A DNA stretch of 36,200 nucleotides from NCBI GenBank assembly GCA_031972135.1, contig DALYFH010000004.1:228-36427 (forward strand). The letters are read 5' to 3'. Every line of letters starts with the position of its first letter. Position 1 is the first letter of the stretch. This stretch comes from Candidatus Woesebacteria bacterium. Its GTDB lineage: Bacteria; Patescibacteriota; Microgenomatia; UBA1400; UBA12108. The notes beneath the pieces were generated by a model. The model was given only the letters and a program-made list of their open reading frames with translations. It did not search any database and had not been told where the DNA came from. Position numbers and translations under genes: made by a program. This document shows positions 33,899 through 36,200 of this stretch, piece after piece.

Positions 33899-34201
33899 AT
33901 GCTGTTAGATCCTAAGAAATTAAACCCAATGCCCGGTTATGTCCTCGTAGAACCAACCGAAAAAACTACTCAGACCGCAGGTGGGATATATCTCCCAGAT
34001 AGTCATGATGAAAAACCTCAGGCTGGCAACGTTATCGCAGTCGGTGACTCTGTTTGGGAGAGTGGTGTAAAAGAAGTTAAGAGTCCAGTCAAAGTCGGAG
34101 ACAGGGTAGTCTATAAAAAATGGGGTGGCAATGATGTCAAGATCAACGATACCGAATACCAATTCTTAAAATTTGAAGATATCTTAGCAACGATTAAATA
34201 A
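33899..34201 (+). CDS. groES: Co-chaperonin GroES
   Basis: 100 aa. GYVLVEP, AGGIYLPDS, mobile-loop region, GDRVVYKKWGG. Confidence 0.95.
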   Translation: MLLDPKKLNPMPGYVLVEPTEKTTQTAGGIYLPDSHDEKPQAGNVIAVGDSVWESGVKEVKSPVKVGDRVVYKKWGGNDVKINDTEYQFLKFEDILATIK

Positions 34202-35857
<1,656 letters not shown>

Positions 35858-35974
35858 AGCTAGCGCTGTATCGTACTCAATCAATAATACTTCGCGCCAC
35901 ACTCCATATAGAATTTAGTTTGATGACAGTGTGGCGTATGGTCTAAGTGCATCCTGTGTCATACTAGACACTGT

Positions 35975-36200
35975 ATGTTACAAGATGTAGGACCTAGTTT
36001 AAATCGCCAATCCTTGGGCAGTATGTCAAGGCAAGCTTTTAGAGATATAGTTCGCGATGTAGGTGGGGTTAGTTTGATAGATAATAGTAGCTCTGCACTA
36101 GGACCACCTAATATTGAGTCTAAAAGATTGGAAAAAGATGGGTCAGCTAAAGATGTAAGTATAAAAATACAACATTTTCGTGCAGCAAATGGTTTAATAA
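35975..36200 (+). CDS. Possible 5' fragment of a CDS running off the window (no family recognised)
   Basis: The frame is open from ATG 35975 to the window end (MLQDVGPSLNRQSLGSMSRQAFRDIVRDVGG...). It is absent from the ORF track, presumably because it has no stop. TGtCATACT lies 9 nt upstream. Weak. Confidence 0.25.
   Translation, partial: MLQDVGPSLNRQSLGSMSRQAFRDIVRDVGGVSLIDNSSSALGPPNIESKRLEKDGSAKDVSIKIQHFRAANGLI

Noticed and set aside
35895-35936. Hairpin CGCCACACT-24 nt-AGTGTGGCG after groEL as an intrinsic terminator
   Set aside because: The 9-bp stem has a 24-nt loop and no downstream U-tract, so it does not fit an intrinsic terminator. It may still be a structured 3' end, but I cannot support that.

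Overview
Gene-dense, moderately AT-rich bacterial window that reads in the standard genetic code. I found no rRNA, tRNA, CRISPR array, transposase or integrase. Gene content looks like a reduced Candidate Phyla Radiation (Patescibacteria)-like genome: a DUF4012 envelope protein, a short archaeal-type ValRS, many TrmB-like regulators, membrane-anchored solute-binding and VanW proteins, abutting or overlapping convergent genes, and no clear intrinsic terminators. This taxonomic call is an inference. Layout: (1) 1-6 kb, envelope glycan genes (O-antigen-ligase-like, flippase, RNase H, DUF4012). (2) 6-9.3 kb, L25/Ctc, a TPR protein, and MFS and EamA transporters. (3) 9.4-22.6 kb, an accessory-looking block in which four paralogous TrmB-like regulators each sit divergent to a small cargo module: a 2-hydroxyacid-dehydrogenase-like protein; DMT + PIG-L deacetylase + GNAT; a 7-TM protein + 116-aa orphan; a 260-aa orphan + MFS. 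Nudix, Fic and an acyltransferase-3 follow. (4) 22.6-30.9 kb, valS, VanW, an orphan solute-binding protein, two nucleotidyltransferases, YidC and a minimal SPFH protein. (5) 30.9-33.8 kb, a three-gene split ATP-citrate-lyase-type module (citryl-CoA synthetase large and small subunits plus citryl-CoA lyase). (6) groES-groEL behind a promoter and a degenerate CIRCE operator. Most notable observations: the split citrate-cleavage module in this genomic background; a perfect 20-bp GC-rich palindrome flanked by 13-bp direct repeats, in frame inside its middle gene; the fourfold regulator-cargo architecture; and a TATAAT-like hexamer exactly 6-8 nt upstream of about 20 start codons, which suggests widespread leaderless transcription.
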